Positions 45,625 through 55,699 of a stretch of 64,000 nt of DNA are shown here, piece after piece; position 1 is the first letter of the stretch; each line of letters starts with the position of its first letter. The position numbers and the translations under genes were made by a program. The stretch covers positions 452,429 to 516,428 of the forward strand of contig RQSC01000032.1 of the NCBI GenBank assembly GCA_013416795.1, in the 5' to 3' direction. The DNA is from Prasinococcaceae sp. CCMP 1430 (taxonomy: Eukaryota > Plantae > Prasinodermophyta). Under the pieces are notes generated by a model. It saw nothing but the letters and a program-made list of their open reading frames with translations, searched no databases and was not told where the DNA came from.

Positions 45625-47127
45625 GTGTGCCTGCAGGGGGAGCGAGGAGGGGGGGGGGGGGGGGGGGGGGGTGGCCGCGGGGTCAAGCGGCGGCGCGCCG
45701 CCGCGGGCGCGCAGCCGCAGGACGCGTCGTGGCACAGCATCGTGGAGCACGGGGGCGCGGCGGGCTACCGCGCGGCGCTAGCGTCGTGGGTGGTAGGGGA
45801 GGGCGCCCTGGAGGCGCGGGAGAAGAAGCGCACCACGGCCATCGTTGCGCTCGCGCGGGTCATCGCTCAGGGGCGCGACGCGCAGTGGGCGGGCGTCGTG
45901 CCGCACGGCTTGAGGAAGGCGAGCGGCAGCAAAGTGCCGCCGCACGTGCGCGGTGACGCGGTGGGTCGCGCGGCACTCGACGAGCTGCTCACTGCGGCGC
46001 TCACGCTCACGCTGTCGCAGGCGCGCTGCGACGACCTCTGCAAGGTGTTGCTTACAGAGCCTGGCACCGAGGTCCCGCCTGTGCCCGATGCTGCCGTGAG
46101 CGGCACGGAGGCCGCCCCGCCGGCAAGTGAGGATGCGAGCGAGCGCGCTCGCGATAGTAGATCGAAGACCGACCGCGCACCTGCCTCGGGCGCCAGCGGC
46201 GCGCTCGCCGCGGCGACGGCAAGTGCCAAGGGCATCGCGATTGGCACCATCATGGGTCCAATTTTGGCCGATGTGTCAGCAGCGTGCAACGCGCCGGCGA
46301 TGCGCTCAGCGGAGTGCGCGGCCGTCGTGCACGAGCTCGCATCGGCAGCAGCGCCGTCATCGCATCTGCTTCTGCGCTGCCTGGCCCTCCAGGCGGCTGT
46401 GGGTGCACGTGACGCCAAAGGTGCCGCTGAGTGGGCGCGCGTGCTACCACGTGACCGCGTGCCGAAGCCGCTTCGCGAGGAGGCCGAGGCGCTCATCGCG
46501 GCGCCTGCCAACGACCCCTGGGACGAGCGCTGCCCACAGGCGGGCAAGGACGGAGAGCAGCCACAGGCGACGCAGGCGGCGAGCGCGCCGCTGCTCCTGG
46601 AGCCTCTCCCCGAACACCTCGGTCGCGCGGGTGAGCTCGCGGCGGGTGGCTGGGGCCGCAAGCTCAGCTTCAACAAGCGTGGACGGCACGGCGCGGTGCT
46701 CGTGCGGCCGGCCGAATGCGAGGGCGAGGAGGGCAGCCAAGACTGCGTGGACGAAGTGTTGGGCAGTGGCGTCAATTCTGCGGAGGGCCCTGACGGAGGC
46801 GGTGTCAGGGGCAAGTTCGTGGTGCATGCGGAGATGGCTGCGCTGCGCGAGGCTGTCGCAGCGCGCGGGCTGCGCGGCGTGCGCGGCACGACCGTGTACG
46901 TCGCCCGCCTCGCCCCGCAGGGGGAAGCATTCGAGTGCGGCGCGCCGTGTGAGAACTGCGAGGCAGCGCTGCGAGCTGCGGGCGTCGGCGGTGCCATCTG
47001 GACCACCGAGGCGGGGCCAATCGGTGAGGCCAAGTATGACTACCATTCGGTGCGCGAGGAGGACTTCACCGAGGAGCACCGGCAGTGGGCAGGCATCAAG
47101 GACGAGCCAGGCACGGCGCCCAACTGA
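45625..47127 (+). CDS. cytidine/dCMP deaminase-superfamily protein with a long unknown N-terminal region
   Basis: RHGAVLV..VLGSGVN..VVHAEMAAL..TVYVAR..APCENCEAALRAAGV (HAE / PCxxC zinc motif). Start unresolved next to a poly-G run at about 45648-45671. Confidence 0.8.
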   Translation: MCLQGERGGGGGGGGGGRGVKRRRAAAGAQPQDASWHSIVEHGGAAGYRAALASWVVGEGALEAREKKRTTAIVALARVIAQGRDAQWAGVVPHGLRKASGSKVPPHVRGDAVGRAALDELLTAALTLTLSQARCDDLCKVLLTEPGTEVPPVPDAAVSGTEAAPPASEDASERARDSRSKTDRAPASGASGALAAATASAKGIAIGTIMGPILADVSAACNAPAMRSAECAAVVHELASAAAPSSHLLLRCLALQAAVGARDAKGAAEWARVLPRDRVPKPLREEAEALIAAPANDPWDERCPQAGKDGEQPQATQAASAPLLLEPLPEHLGRAGELAAGGWGRKLSFNKRGRHGAVLVRPAECEGEEGSQDCVDEVLGSGVNSAEGPDGGGVRGKFVVHAEMAALREAVAARGLRGVRGTTVYVARLAPQGEAFECGAPCENCEAALRAAGVGGAIWTTEAGPIGEAKYDYHSVREEDFTEEHRQWAGIKDEPGTAPN

Positions 47128-47242
47128 GCCAGAGCGCTGCTCGGGCACTCTAGAGAGAGTAGCTAGCTAGAGCGAGTTGGAAAGGCAACGCAGCAAGACG
47201 CGGCCCTCTCAATCACGATCGCTTGTTGGGATGCCCATACAT

Positions 47243-49183
47243 TCACATCGCGGTGCGGCGCGGCGGCACAAATGCAGCTCTGCGTGGCCGCTTGAGTGTA
47301 CGCACAGGCGAGCGTCGCGCCTCAGTGCGCGGCTGACAGGGCTCGCGCACAGAAACTGAACGAATCGCAGAAGGGAGAACGAGCTGTTGGGCCGTCGCCA
47401 TGACGGGGCTAGCGCTCCCGCGCTCCCGGCAGCGGTCGCAGGGCTCGTCCTCGCCCTGCTTGCACTGCCGCGAGTGGTTGCGGCCAAAGTGTGACAGCAG
47501 TACGGACCTGCGACACACGGCCCTCCGGGCAACGAACGCGACTGCTCCCTGTGCCTCTCCGTCCTCACCCCCTCCTCTCTCTAGCCGGCAGAGCTCGGCC
47601 GTGTCCTCTTCGTCAACATACACGCGACAGATTGCGCGTGCGCCATCTCTCCCCGCTCTTCCGCTCTGTTGGTAGTATGCCGTCATGCCGGGCAGGTTCC
47701 AGTGACACACGTAGCGGACATCTGCGCGGTCCATGCCCATGCCAAAAGCCACCGTCGCAACCACGCACGTCTCATCACCTTGCATGAAGTCGCGTAGCAC
47801 AGCAGAGCGGCGAGCGTCCGCCAGGCCGGCGTGGAAGGGCTCCGCTTGGACGCCTTCGTCAACGAGTGCGCTGGCCAAGCGGTCGACGGTGGCGCGCCGG
47901 CGGCAGAAGACGATGCCAGCATGTCCGGCGCGCTGCTGCTCGCAAATGAACGCCGCGAGATGAGCGAATGCGCCATCACGTGAGAGCAATTTCTCATCGT
48001 CGTCGTCGTCGCTTTCTTCTTGCCCCTCCTCCAGACCATCTTCCACGACTTCCTCATCTCTGCCCTTTGATTCGCCGCCGCCGCCGTTGCACGCACCAGG
48101 AGGCGTGTTCTCTTTCGACGAGGCGCCACGGAGGTCTTCCTTGCGGAGCACCTCATAGCGCAAGTTAGGACGGTTCAACTCCACGCGCTCGACATTGCAG
48201 TCATTGCGCAAGCCTAGCGCCTCGCGTATCTGCCCCTCGACCTCTGCAGTTGCGGTGGCAGTCAGCGCGACCATCGCTGTGTCAGTTTGCAGGCACGTGC
48301 CCTCTCCGCCCGCGCCATCTCTGAGAGCGCCCAACACAAGATAACACGGCCTGAAGTCGTGGCCCCAGGAAGCCACGCAGTGTGCCTCATCGACCGCGAG
48401 CGCAAGCACTCGTCCCGCCTTGGCAAGTTCCGCAAGGGCGGTGCGAAGCGCAACGTTGCGCGCCAGGGCTTCAGGCGTTGCGAACAGAACATCGACGGGC
48501 GAGTCCTCCGGGTCATCACCTTCGGCGTACTCTGTCAGCTCGCGTGCGAGCTTCTCGAGCGTGTCGGGGCTGATCGCAGAGTGCCACTGCGCGACGGAGA
48601 GCCCGCGATCCTCACACGAACGCGTCTGGTCTGCGGCGAGGGCGAGGAGGGGCGTGACGACGACGACGATCCCTCCAGCGGCGCCGGCAACCTGAAGCTC
48701 GGTCCTTTCACTGCCTCGGGCAGAATGCCGCCGCTCGCGCAGCGCGCGCGCTGCCTCGGGTAGGCACTGATAAATCAGCGACTTCCCGTAGCCAGTCGGC
48801 GCGAGCACGAGCGCGTCGCGGCCGCGCAGCACGGCTGCAGCCGCAGACACCTGCGCAGCGCGAGGTGCCGCCCCCGCCCCCCACAGGCGTTCCACGGCCG
48901 TCCGCACCGCCGCTCGCGCGGCGTCCTCGACGCTTGCGCCGGTGGAAGCGGGGCGCATGATGGCGGGACCTTCAGGCTCCGCTCCGGGGCGCGGCGGCAA
49001 CGACAAAGCACGTCCGCTGCGCTGGCCGCGCCGCCTCGACGCACGCCACCGCCGTTGGACAGACGGCGTGTGGCGCGCGCCCACCGTGGCCGGCCGGGCA
49101 CACATCCATCCGCATGCGGAGAGGCGTGCAAGGTCGGGCGCAACCCGAGCAATGGCAGTGCCGGCCGCGGGCGCGCTCGCCAT
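47243..49183 (-). CDS. RECQ: compact RecQ-family DNA helicase
   Basis: APTGYGKS, VDEAHCVASWGHDFRP.Y, ALTATA, VATVAFGMGMD, YYQQSGRAGRDG, RQC zinc CRR..C..CDRC. No HRDC domain visible. Confidence 0.93.
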   Translation of the reverse strand: MASAPAAGTAIARVAPDLARLSACGWMCARPATVGARHTPSVQRRWRASRRRGQRSGRALSLPPRPGAEPEGPAIMRPASTGASVEDAARAAVRTAVERLWGAGAAPRAAQVSAAAAVLRGRDALVLAPTGYGKSLIYQCLPEAARALRERRHSARGSERTELQVAGAAGGIVVVVTPLLALAADQTRSCEDRGLSVAQWHSAISPDTLEKLARELTEYAEGDDPEDSPVDVLFATPEALARNVALRTALAELAKAGRVLALAVDEAHCVASWGHDFRPCYLVLGALRDGAGGEGTCLQTDTAMVALTATATAEVEGQIREALGLRNDCNVERVELNRPNLRYEVLRKEDLRGASSKENTPPGACNGGGGESKGRDEEVVEDGLEEGQEESDDDDDEKLLSRDGAFAHLAAFICEQQRAGHAGIVFCRRRATVDRLASALVDEGVQAEPFHAGLADARRSAVLRDFMQGDETCVVATVAFGMGMDRADVRYVCHWNLPGMTAYYQQSGRAGRDGARAICRVYVDEEDTAELCRLERGGGEDGEAQGAVAFVARRAVCRRSVLLSHFGRNHSRQCKQGEDEPCDRCRERGSASPVMATAQQLVLPSAIRSVSVREPCQPRTEARRSPVRTLKRPRRAAFVPPRRTAM

Positions 49184-49863
49184 CCGCCACTGCCAGCGCC
49201 TCTGCGCGCGCCGCGCGCCCCTTCCGCCGCTTCACGCTGCGGACACATTCGCGCGCGCGCGCCCGCGTGCACTCACTTATTCTGATGCCAAAACAAACAC
49301 AATTCAACCGTCGTCGTTTCTGGCGGATTCGATCCGGATTCTGCGCAATCAGAGTGCTGGTGCAAAGCGCGCCACTTGATTTGATTTGACAAACCCAGGA
49401 ATCATCCCGCCTGGCGCGCCCCCGCTGCTTTTCGGGCGCGCGCGCGCACCGCCGTGCCAAACTGCGGATTGGTCGAGCGCGAATGCGTACCGGGGCGGAA
49501 AGCGGCGAGGCGAGCCTGGACGGAGCCGGGACCTCGCGCGCGCGCGAATTGCGAAAGCGGGAAAAGCGCACGCCGAGGCGCGCGAGCGCGCGGGGGGGGG
49601 ATCTGAGGCGTAGATCTTTGGCGAACCCCAAATAATATCGGGGCGCGCGGGCGTGCGCGCAGTGACCGCGGCGCGGCGCGGCGCCACAGGGCGCTTGCGC
49701 GGCGCGGCCGCCGCTCGCCGGCGGGGACAGGCCGCTCTTCGAGGGGCGGCCGTCGCCGCGCAAGAGCTACGGCCACCAGGCGCCGCTGCTGCCGCTCACG
49801 GGCACCGATGAGGACACGCTCTCGCTGCTCGCGCCGTACCCGCGCGCCTCTATCGTTGCCACC

Positions 49864-51420
49864 ATGGGACCCTCCACGCCTCTGGAGGACTGCGTGGAGG
49901 CCGGCATGCGCATCATGCGGCTGAATTGCTCCCACGGCGACCACGACTTCTACCGCGGGATGGTCGCGCGGCTGAGGGAGTACCTGGAGCTGCGCCCCGA
50001 CAGCGACTCGCGAGATAGGTCCCGCGGCGTCACCGTCGGCTGCGCTGTCGCCCTGGACCTCAAGGGCCCGGAGATTCGGACAGGCACGCTCGCGGCGGGC
50101 GAGATCCGCCTCGAGGCGGGCGACACGGTGAGCCTGGTTGACAACGAGGGCGCCTGCGGCGAGCGCGTCGGGCTCGAAGGCTCGTACGAGGTCTACTGCG
50201 ACTACACGGATCTGTGGAGCTCGGTGAAAGTGGGGAGCCCCGTGTACATAGACGATGGCCTGCTGCAGCTCTTGGTGACGCACGCGCAGCCGGGCATGGT
50301 GACGTGCGTGTGCCGCAACGCGGGGTCGCTCGGAGAGCGCAAGGGCGTCAACCTCCCGGGCGCCATCCTAGGGCTGCCGGCGGTCAGCGAGAAGGACCAA
50401 GCCGACATCAAACTCGGCGCGTCTCTCGGCGTCGACTTCATCTTCGCATCCTTTGTGAGGAAAGCGGACCACGTCGACGAGGTCCGCTGGCTCCTCGAGT
50501 CAGCGGGATCGCCGCGGACGATGGTCATCTCCAAGATCGAGAATCAGGAGGGACTCGACAACTTCGCGGAAATCCTCGAGGCCAGTGACGGCATCATGGT
50601 GGCCCGCGGGGACCTCGGCATCGAGATCCCAGCGCACGAGGTGGTGCGCGCGCAGAAGCGCATCATCTCCATGTGCAACGCTGTGGGGAAGCCCGTCATC
50701 TGCGCCACGCAGATGCTCGAGTCCATGGTCACCAACCCGCGACCCACTCGCGCCGAGGTCTCCGACGTCGCCAACGCGGTGCTCGACGGCGCAGATTGCG
50801 TGATGCTCTCGGGCGAGACGGCGAAGGGCAAGTACCCGCTCGAGGCGATCGAGGCGATGTCGACCACCGCCAAGGCCGCCGACGAGCTACTCGACTATGG
50901 GGAGCTCTACGCGCGGGCGGTGACATCGCCGTACAAGTATGGCCCGGTCGAGTCGGTCGCGGCGGCTGCGGTGCGGTGCGCCGCGGAGGAGCGCGCGGCT
51001 GTCATCCTCGTGGTCACAGACAACGGCACGGCGGCCAGGTTTGTGAGCAAGTACCGCCCATGCCAGCCAGTGCTCGCGGCGACGACAAACCCGCAGGTCG
51101 CCAACCAGCTCTTCATGTACCGCGGCATCACCCCGCTGTTGCTGAAGGACCACGGGTGCCCCATCGACCCCGATGGGCTCGTGACGTACGACACAGATAC
51201 CGACGACGAGATGGCGCTGTGCGAGCTCCACGGCGTGCGCACGGGCCTGCGGGACGATGTGCACAAGGCACAGTTGCGCGAGGACCTCCTTCAGGAGGGC
51301 GTGAGGACCGCCAAGCGCCTGGGCATCCTGTCGACTGCGGACGGCGCCAAGAACGTGGTTGCGGTGGTGGGATCTAGCACGACGGGCTTGGCAACAATGC
51401 GCTCGTTCCCAGTGCGCTGA
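49864..51420 (+). CDS. PYK: pyruvate kinase (true start upstream of 49864)
   Basis: RASIVATMGP, RLNCSHG, DLKGPEIRTG, SKIENQEG, DGIMVARGDLG, ATQMLESM..NPRPTRAE, DCVMLSGETAKGKYP. The tracked Met lies inside the conserved N-terminal motif. Confidence 0.96.
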   Translation: MGPSTPLEDCVEAGMRIMRLNCSHGDHDFYRGMVARLREYLELRPDSDSRDRSRGVTVGCAVALDLKGPEIRTGTLAAGEIRLEAGDTVSLVDNEGACGERVGLEGSYEVYCDYTDLWSSVKVGSPVYIDDGLLQLLVTHAQPGMVTCVCRNAGSLGERKGVNLPGAILGLPAVSEKDQADIKLGASLGVDFIFASFVRKADHVDEVRWLLESAGSPRTMVISKIENQEGLDNFAEILEASDGIMVARGDLGIEIPAHEVVRAQKRIISMCNAVGKPVICATQMLESMVTNPRPTRAEVSDVANAVLDGADCVMLSGETAKGKYPLEAIEAMSTTAKAADELLDYGELYARAVTSPYKYGPVESVAAAAVRCAAEERAAVILVVTDNGTAARFVSKYRPCQPVLAATTNPQVANQLFMYRGITPLLLKDHGCPIDPDGLVTYDTDTDDEMALCELHGVRTGLRDDVHKAQLREDLLQEGVRTAKRLGILSTADGAKNVVAVVGSSTTGLATMRSFPVR

Positions 51421-51444
51421 TTTTTTGTACATGCACGAGAGAAT

Positions 51445-53292
51445 TTACATGAAGCGCTCGGCATAGCCCTCGCGGAACGCCGCGGCCTGGGCGCCGGACA
51501 GCTCCTTGGCCGCGCGCGCGCGCACGCCATCAAGCGCAGCCGCACCGCCGCGGGCCGCCTCGAGTGCGGCCGTATCGAGCCAGCACTCCACGCCGCCGCC
51601 AGCGGCGCGCGCCTCGCGCAGGCGTGCGGTGGCGTCCGCATCCGAGCCCGCGCGGGCAGCCAGGGCCGCCAGGCAGCGCGAGAGCGGAGCCGAACGCTTC
51701 GATTGGTCGGCCGCAGCGCCGGCCGTCCTGGCAGCGCCCACCCCCGCCGCGTCGGCGAGCGCGTGCAGCGCGCACACGAAGAGGCGGTCCGCAGACTCGG
51801 CTGCCGGCGTGCCGGGCGCAGTGCGAAGCCTCTCCTCGCCCGCGGCCTTGACGGCTCGCCGTAACGCCGCCGGGCACCCCGCGGCCGCCGCGCGCACCAG
51901 CGCCGCGTGCCACGCCGCCTCGCTGGCAGGCAGCCCCGGCAGCGCTGCCAGTCGCGCGGCCTGTGCAGGGTCGAAGCTGACCGAGCCGTCCGCGGCCGCA
52001 CCCATCATCGTCCCCAACGAGTTGGCAGCGTCGTGCGCGCCCTCCCCGTCGCTGCCTTCGGCCTCCTCGTCCGAGTCAGACTCGTCAGACTCACTGTCTC
52101 GCGCGTCTCCGGCGTCGGCGCCGCTCGCCGCCACGCCCTCGCCGCGCGCGGCCGCGAGCGAGCCGGCGACAGCCTCGAGCGCGCACATGCCGCCGGCGGC
52201 CGCCTGCTCGGCCTCCTCCTCAGCGCCGCGCACGTCCCCCGCGGCGAGGCGCGCGCCCACGCTCTCGATCGCCAGCACCTCGCTCGAGACGTTCGCCGCG
52301 GCGGCGGCGCTGACGGCGTCGGCCACAGCCGCTGCCGCCTCGGATGGCAGGAGCTCCCCCTCGGCGGCCATGCGCCGCAGCTCACCGACGGCGGCGGCCA
52401 GCACGTCGGCCGTCGGTGCCGCCTCCCAGCCGGCACGCAGCGCGGCGGCAGCGTGCGCCGCGTCGGCCGCCGCCGCCGCGCGCGGCTGCTCGCCGCCCAG
52501 CCGCGTCTCGCCGAGCTTCGCGGCGAGCGCGGCGGCCAGCGCCGCCTTGTCGGCCACCTTTGATTGCTCCGCGTCGCACGCGTTGCGCACGACGCGCGCG
52601 CCTGCCTCGCCAGCAAGCACCTCTGCGAGCGCCGCCCTGCCGGGGTCCTCCTCCCCTCCGTCGACGGGCATCGACAGGCCGAGCGTCTCGCGGCGCAGGC
52701 GCAGCCCGCGCGCGTACCGCAGCTCAAAGGCGAAGCTCTCCACCCACAGCCGCTGCGAGCCGCCATTCATGCGCAGGCCGCGCTGCAGCAGCTTGCGCGC
52801 GGCGGCGGCGTTGCCCTGCACGGAGTACTCGAAGCCCGCGGCGTACAGCCACATGCCCGCCGACGTCGGGTGCAGCGCGAGCGCCTTGGCGAGCGCCTTC
52901 TGCAGCGCCTTGTGGCTGCGCGTCGCGCGCAGGAAGGCAAAGTAGTCGCGCCACAGGGACTGGTCGTCCTTGAACTTGCGCAGCGCGCGCTCGTACACGA
53001 AGGCACAGTGTTTGGTCACTGAGTAGTCCGCCTTGGTCTTCTTGAGGTCGCTCAGCCCCAGTCTCGCCCGGCGCTTCTTGAGCAACTCGTTCAGCGCCTT
53101 CTCGTACTCGACGTAGCGCGTGTAGTCCGCGCGGCGCGCGACGCGACGCCGCAGCTTGTGCTCGTGCGACGCGCGACGCGCAGCGACGGCGCGGCCCTCT
53201 TCGGCGCTCAGCAACGACTTGGACACCAGCGCCTCGAGGTCCTCCACCATGCCCTCCATGATGTGCGCGATGGTGCCCGTCGCGCCCGCCAT
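51445..53292 (-). CDS. UTP6: U3 snoRNA-associated protein 6 (HAT repeats)
   Basis: IMEGMVEDLEAL..RRASHEHKLRRR..DYTRYVEYEKALNELLKKRR..YERALRKF..LW..ALALHP..GMWLYAAGFEY..NAAAARKLLQRGLR. Confidence 0.85.
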   Translation of the reverse strand: MAGATGTIAHIMEGMVEDLEALVSKSLLSAEEGRAVAARRASHEHKLRRRVARRADYTRYVEYEKALNELLKKRRARLGLSDLKKTKADYSVTKHCAFVYERALRKFKDDQSLWRDYFAFLRATRSHKALQKALAKALALHPTSAGMWLYAAGFEYSVQGNAAAARKLLQRGLRMNGGSQRLWVESFAFELRYARGLRLRRETLGLSMPVDGGEEDPGRAALAEVLAGEAGARVVRNACDAEQSKVADKAALAAALAAKLGETRLGGEQPRAAAAADAAHAAAALRAGWEAAPTADVLAAAVGELRRMAAEGELLPSEAAAAVADAVSAAAAANVSSEVLAIESVGARLAAGDVRGAEEEAEQAAAGGMCALEAVAGSLAAARGEGVAASGADAGDARDSESDESDSDEEAEGSDGEGAHDAANSLGTMMGAAADGSVSFDPAQAARLAALPGLPASEAAWHAALVRAAAAGCPAALRRAVKAAGEERLRTAPGTPAAESADRLFVCALHALADAAGVGAARTAGAAADQSKRSAPLSRCLAALAARAGSDADATARLREARAAGGGVECWLDTAALEAARGGAAALDGVRARAAKELSGAQAAAFREGYAERFM

Positions 53293-53484
53293 GGCTACGG
53301 AGGGGGCGCGACACCAAGAGAGCGAGAGAGAGGGGGGGGAAGAGAGGGAGAGAGGGAAAGGGAGAGAGGCGGGGCAGCGTCTGCCACGCCCGCTCTGGCA
53401 CAGGTCGCGCGGCAGCCCGTGGTCGCGTCCGCACCGGGCGTCTGCCCAGCGCCTGCCCGCGCCCGCCCGCCCGCCCGCCCCCGC

Positions 53485-53708
53485 NNNNNNNNNNNNNNNN
53501 NNNNNNNNNNNNNNNNNNNNNNNNNNNNNNNNNNNNNNNNNNNNNNNNNNNNNNNNNNNNNNNNNNNNNNNNNNNNNNNNNNNNNNNNNNNNNNNNNNNN
53601 NNNNNNNNNNNNNNNNNNNNNNNNNNNNNNNNNNNNNNNNNNNNNNNNNNNNNNNNNNNNNNNNNNNNNNNNNNNNNNNNNNNNNNNNNNNNNNNNNNNN
53701 NNNNNNNN
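53485..53708. other. assembly gap (224 N) in the UTP6 / TRM1 divergent promoter
   Basis: N run. Confidence 0.99.
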
Positions 53709-53767
53709 GCGCGCTCTCGCTCTCGCTCGCGGGCGCGCGCGCGCACACGCGCGCTGCGGCGCCTGCG

Positions 53768-55396
53768 ATGGCCGACGACGCGGGCGTCGACCCGGTTGGC
53801 TTTGTCCCCGACGGCTTCACGGTGGTGCGCGAGGGCAAAGCGGCGGTGCTGCAGCGCGCGGGCGAGGTGTTCTACAACAAGGCGCAGGTAATCAACCGCG
53901 ACCTAAGCAAGGCGTGCCTGAGGCTTTTCTCGCGGGCGCGCGATGCCGAGGCCAAAGACCGCGACTCCAAGGACCCCTCCGGCCGCACCTCGCGCCGGCG
54001 CCAGCGCAAGAACGGCCCGCCCGGGGACCCGCTGGGCCTCGCGGACGTGACGGGCATGCGCGTGCTCGAGGGCCTCGCCGCGTCGGGCCTGCGCGCCATC
54101 CGCTACGTGCGCGAGCTGGGCGCGGACGAGCTGGGGTGCGTGGTAGCCAACGACATCGAGGACGCCGCCGTGGAAGCCATGCGGCGCAACCTGGGCTTCA
54201 ACGGCATGGCGGCCGACGGCTCAGGGCGCGTCAGGCCGCTCCAGTCGGACGTGCGCGCCACGATGCTCTCGTATGAGCGCGCGTTCGACGCGGTAGACCT
54301 AGACCCGTACGGTACGCCCTCCACCTTCCTCGACGGCGCCGTGCAGTGCGTCGCCGACGGCGGCCTGCTGCTATGCACCGCCACCGATATGGCGGTGCTC
54401 TGCGGCAACACGCCCGAGGTGTGCTGGTCCAAGTACGGCGCCTACCCGCTCAAGGGCGAGCACTGCCACGAGCAGGCGCTGCGCGTGCTGCTCTACGCCA
54501 TCGAGACTGCAGCCAACCGCCACGGGCGGCACATCCAGCCGCTGCTCAGCGTGTCCATCGACTTCTACGTGCGCGTCTTCGTGCGCGTGTACACCTCCAG
54601 CCTCGTCGTCAAGCAGGCGCCCTCCAAGATGGCCTACCTGCACCAGGCGGTGGGCTCGAAGTCGTTCGAGCTCAGCCCGGTGGGGCGGGTCGTCCAGAAG
54701 AACGGCAACCCGAAGCACGCCGCGGGCCACCTGCCCGCGAGCACGCGAGAGGGCGGGCGCAGCGAGATCTGTGGCTCCCCCATCGCCGTGGGAGGGCCCA
54801 TGTGGAGCGGGCCCATCCACGACATGGGCTTCGTCAAGGACCTCCTGGCGGAGCTCAAGTCCAACGAATCACAGTACCCTGCCGCCAAGAAGGTGCGCTC
54901 CATCCTCACCGCCGTCTCGGAGGAACTCACCGACGCGCCGCTGTACTGGAATCTTCACTCGATGAGCGGCGCGCTGAAGTGCACGCCACCCGCCTACGAC
55001 GTCTACAAGAGCGCCATCATCAACGCGGGCTACCGTGCGAGCGGCACGCACGCGAGCCCGCTTGGCATCAAGACCGACGCGCCGCCGTCGTTGCTGTGGG
55101 ACATTCTGCGCGTGTGGGTGAAGGACCACCCCATCAAGCCGCAGCATGAGGAGAGCGTGTCGCACGCGGTGCTCAGCGTGGCACCCACACACGAGGTCAA
55201 CTTCGCGCGCGCGCAGGGATCGCGCTCCAAGGCCAAGGACAACAGGGAGGCACGCTTCCTTCCCAACCCGCAAGCCAACTGGGGCCCCATGCCGCGCGCG
55301 GGTAGCAAGCGCGCGAGAGAGATTGCCGAGCAGGACGCCGCCGCTGCCGCCGAGAACGGACAGAAGGCGGACGCGACGCCTGGCGCTGCCGAGTAA
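53768..55396 (+). CDS. TRM1: tRNA (guanine26-N2)-dimethyltransferase
   Basis: VFYNKAQVINRDLS, VLEGLAASGLRAIRY, DLDPYGTP, GGLLLCTATD, HEQALR, SIDFYVRVFVRV, GPMWSGPIHD, NWGP. Confidence 0.95.
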   Translation: MADDAGVDPVGFVPDGFTVVREGKAAVLQRAGEVFYNKAQVINRDLSKACLRLFSRARDAEAKDRDSKDPSGRTSRRRQRKNGPPGDPLGLADVTGMRVLEGLAASGLRAIRYVRELGADELGCVVANDIEDAAVEAMRRNLGFNGMAADGSGRVRPLQSDVRATMLSYERAFDAVDLDPYGTPSTFLDGAVQCVADGGLLLCTATDMAVLCGNTPEVCWSKYGAYPLKGEHCHEQALRVLLYAIETAANRHGRHIQPLLSVSIDFYVRVFVRVYTSSLVVKQAPSKMAYLHQAVGSKSFELSPVGRVVQKNGNPKHAAGHLPASTREGGRSEICGSPIAVGGPMWSGPIHDMGFVKDLLAELKSNESQYPAAKKVRSILTAVSEELTDAPLYWNLHSMSGALKCTPPAYDVYKSAIINAGYRASGTHASPLGIKTDAPPSLLWDILRVWVKDHPIKPQHEESVSHAVLSVAPTHEVNFARAQGSRSKAKDNREARFLPNPQANWGPMPRAGSKRAREIAEQDAAAAAENGQKADATPGAAE

Positions 55397-55699
55397 GAGG
55401 CAAAGAACACAGCTGCTCGTAGCGCTGGCGATCCCGCCAGCCGCCGGCGCCCTCGACGCGCGTCGGCGTGCTGCTGCTCGCACTGCCTGCTGGGGAAGGG
55501 GGCGCGTGGGAGCACAGATGATACACTGTACAGTATGTTTGGGTTTCATTATTGAGGTCAAGTAGAGGGTTCATATCTTGCTGCAAGATATCCTGCTTTG
55601 CTGTGGTGTGGAGACGCCGTGGCGCAGGCACGGGGGCACCAGGAGCCGACACGCGCCTGCGCGTGTCTTTTGGGTGCCACACTGGCGCCCGCCGACGCG

